A DNA stretch of 64,000 nt from Heteronotia binoei (taxonomy: Eukaryota), in contig NC_083228.1 of assembly GCF_032191835.1 (NCBI RefSeq), positions 43,896,001-43,960,000 on the forward strand, given 5' to 3'. The notes under the pieces were generated by a model, which ran no database searches, was not told the origin of the DNA, and saw nothing but the letters and a program-made list of their open reading frames with translations. Positions 61,658-64,000 of this stretch are shown one piece after another. The translations under genes and the position numbers were made by a program. How positions within the stretch are numbered: the first letter of the stretch is position 1; the number at the start of each line of letters is the position of its first letter.

Positions 61658-61946
61658 GAAAGAGCCCTGTGGCACAGAGTGGTAAAGCTGCAGTACTGCA
61701 GTCGGAGCCCTCTGCTCACCACCTGAGTTCGATTCCAGCGGAAGCTGGGTTCAGGTAGCCGGCTCAGGTTGACTCAGCCTTCCATCCTTCCAAGGTCGGT
61801 AAAATGAGTACCCAGCTTGCTGGGGGGAAAGTGTAGATGACTGGGGAAGGCAATGGCAAACCACCCCGTAAAAAGTCTGCCGTGAAAACGTTGTGAAAGC
61901 AACAATATGACTGATGCTTGCACAGGGGACTACCTTTACCTTTTTA
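61658..61946 (+). mobile_element. Sauria SINE with TSD
   Basis: Full head, core and tail ending tacctttacc; direct repeat ccttgtag at 61650-61657 and 61947-61954. Confidence 0.88.
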
Positions 61947-61980
61947 CCTTGTAGAAACTCAAGGTGGCTTCCCCCCCCCC

Positions 61981-62178
61981 ATCAAGTTGCAGATGACTTA
62001 TGGGGACCACGTAGCGTTTTTAAGGTGAGAGATGATTAGAGGAGGTTTGCTATTCCCTGCCATGATGTAGCAACTGTGGATTTCTTTTGTGGTCTCCTAC
62101 CAAATGATGACCAGGGCCAACCCTTCTTAGCATCTAAGATCTGATGAGATTGGACTAGTTTAGGCTATCTAAGGCAGC
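61981..62178 (-). mobile_element. Degenerate 5S rRNA-derived SINE
   Basis: Reverse complement caatctcatcagatcttagatgctaagaagggttggccctgg is 5S-like, followed by a BovB-type tail. Confidence 0.6.
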
Positions 62179-62324
62179 TTATAAAATAAATAATAATATC
62201 AAGGCTATTTTTGAGCAGGAACGCACAGGGATGTAGTTCTGGCTGACGCGGTGTCTGTGGGTGTGGCCTGCTAGGCTTCTTCTACAAAAAGAGTCCTGAA
62301 CAAGATACAATAAAATTAATAAAA

Positions 62325-62668
62325 ACGAGAGCCAAAACTTCCTCTGCCTAGGCTTCTGCCTAGTGGAACTCTCTACCTAGTGACATCTGCACCCTGCAGG
62401 ACCTAGCCCAGTTCCACAGGACGTGTAATATGGAGATGTTCCACCAGGCCTACGGTTGAGGACAGTGATGGCCTTTTGCTATATCCGGCCTGCACTAGCC
62501 CTTCAGAGGGAGAGGAAGCACAGTACGCCATCGACGGTTTGGTATACATTATCTCACTGATTTCATTGTAATTAACTGTTACTTATGTCTTTTAACTCTT
62601 GTATGTTTACTTAATGTTGTATACCACCCTGAGCCCTTTGAGGGAGGGTGGTTAATTAATTAATAATT
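62325..62668 (+). mobile_element. Old L2 LINE 3' end
   Basis: tggaactctctacctagtgacatctgcaccctgcaggacc...ttccaccaggcctacgg and ccaccctgagccc...gggagggtggttaatt tail. Confidence 0.65.
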
Positions 62669-62810
62669 GTTAAAATCTGTAATTTAAAACTGCCAGTTGG
62701 CAGCAGAACTTATATAGAACTGTCTTCAATGGCCTCCTATAGATTGAGAGTCTCAGCTCTTTCCTTGAAAACCCCATGGTCCTGGGGTTGTGCTTTGATG
62801 GCACACAGTT

Positions 62811-63084
62811 AGAAGAAGGGATTGGATTTATACCCCGCCCTTCGCTAGCCAAAGAAGTCTCAGAGCAGTTTACAATCTCCTTTCCCTTCCCCACAACAGA
62901 CACCCTGTGAGGTAGGTGGAGCTGAGAGAGCTCTCCCAGAACTGCTCTTAAGCAGAACAGCCTTGAGAGAACTTGTGGCTGATCCAAGGTCACATCAGCA
63001 GGTGCATGTGGAGAAGTAGGGAATCAAACATGGTTCTCCCAGATAAAAGTCTGCACACTTATCCACTACACCAAACTGGCTCTC
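62811..63084 (-). mobile_element. Squam3-like SINE, full length
   Basis: Head-to-tail similarity to the copies at 10.7 and 20.9 kb. Confidence 0.85.
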
Positions 63085-63440
63085 ATTATTATTACCCATC
63101 CTTTCCTCTTGCCTGAGTCTTGTTTATGCTTGGATGTGGGGAAAGGTAAAAAACACTAGGAATATGGCGTATTGCTCAGAAGAGAGGACGTGAGAAGGAA
63201 TGGGATGGGGATTAGTCTGCTGGTGGGCATCCAGTTTGCCAGAAGCCCAGGCCACTTGCCTTGGGCAAGCTGGTCAGTAGATTTGTGGATGTCTTCCTTT
63301 CTTATAGACAATTACTGATGGTTTTTGAAGTTACACACAGTCATTAATCTTGCAGCCCTGGTGCTATGTCACAGTGCCCTTGTGGAGAACAAAGATGAAG
63401 AAATTAGAATGGGATAGATTAATTCCTAGTTCTCTTTATG

Positions 63441-63557
63441 CAGGGCTTTTGTTGTAGAAAAAGCCCAGCAGGAACTCATTTGCATATTAGGTCACACCTC
63501 CTGACACAAAGCCAGCCGGAACTACATTCCTGTGCGTTTCTGCTAAAAAAAGCCCTG
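63441..63557. mobile_element. hAT-type MITE (CAGGG family), 117 bp
   Basis: CAGGGCTTTT...AAAAGCCCTG; TSD tctttatg / tctttacg (7 of 8 match). Confidence 0.82.
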
Positions 63558-64000
63558 TCTTTACGAAATCTGCATTCACTTACATTAGGTGACCACATAA
63601 GATGCAAGAATAAGCATTATTTAGAAAAGCAGGAGGATTCAAGAATCTTGATGACTGCCTCAGATTAATCATGTCATGTAGCATATTTTTTATATCTCTG
63701 TACATTTTCTGTTTTTAGTTGCTGTAAGATTGATTTCATCATCATACATAGGAGAGGCCTGTGATATATCTGATGATGTTTTCAGGGGCCAAACTAGACA
63801 AGATGGTGTGAAATTTCCTTTCCTCTTCTTTGAAAAGCTGCTGTGGGGAGGAAAAGATTGAGTGAGGAAGCCCTTGGGGAGGTGGAATTTAACTTTTCCA
63901 CTCATGCTGTTTTTTGGACCAAAATCACCTCCCCCCCAAACAAAACAAAACAAAAAAACAAAACAAAACCAAAAAAACTACTCTTGGTCCCAAAGGGGGA

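Overview
Vertebrate genomic DNA from a squamate reptile, most likely a gecko, judged from its SINE, LINE and MITE content. Two genes sit head-to-head. LRRC27 is on the minus strand: a CpG-island promoter at about 29-29.8 kb, then seven coding exons traced by splice sites, reading phase and protein similarity (24559-24774, 24138-24268, 22905-22963, 17858-18010, 8571-8817, 1918-2049, 247-343); its 3' end lies left of the window. STK32C is on the plus strand: a CpG island at about 57.3-58.5 kb and a first coding exon ending at 58063, with the kinase exons beyond the window. The rest is intron or intergenic DNA rich in CR1, L2, Penelope and probable L1 fragments, several SINE families and hAT-type MITEs, many nested with readable target-site duplications. 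I found no convincing new multi-gene system. The best leads are an extra in-frame LRRC27 exon or alternative last exon, a GC-AG intron, the start-codon arrangement of STK32C, a possible antisense nested transcript in STK32C intron 1, and a duplicated composite repeat unit between the genes. Human protein comparisons are from memory and need database confirmation.
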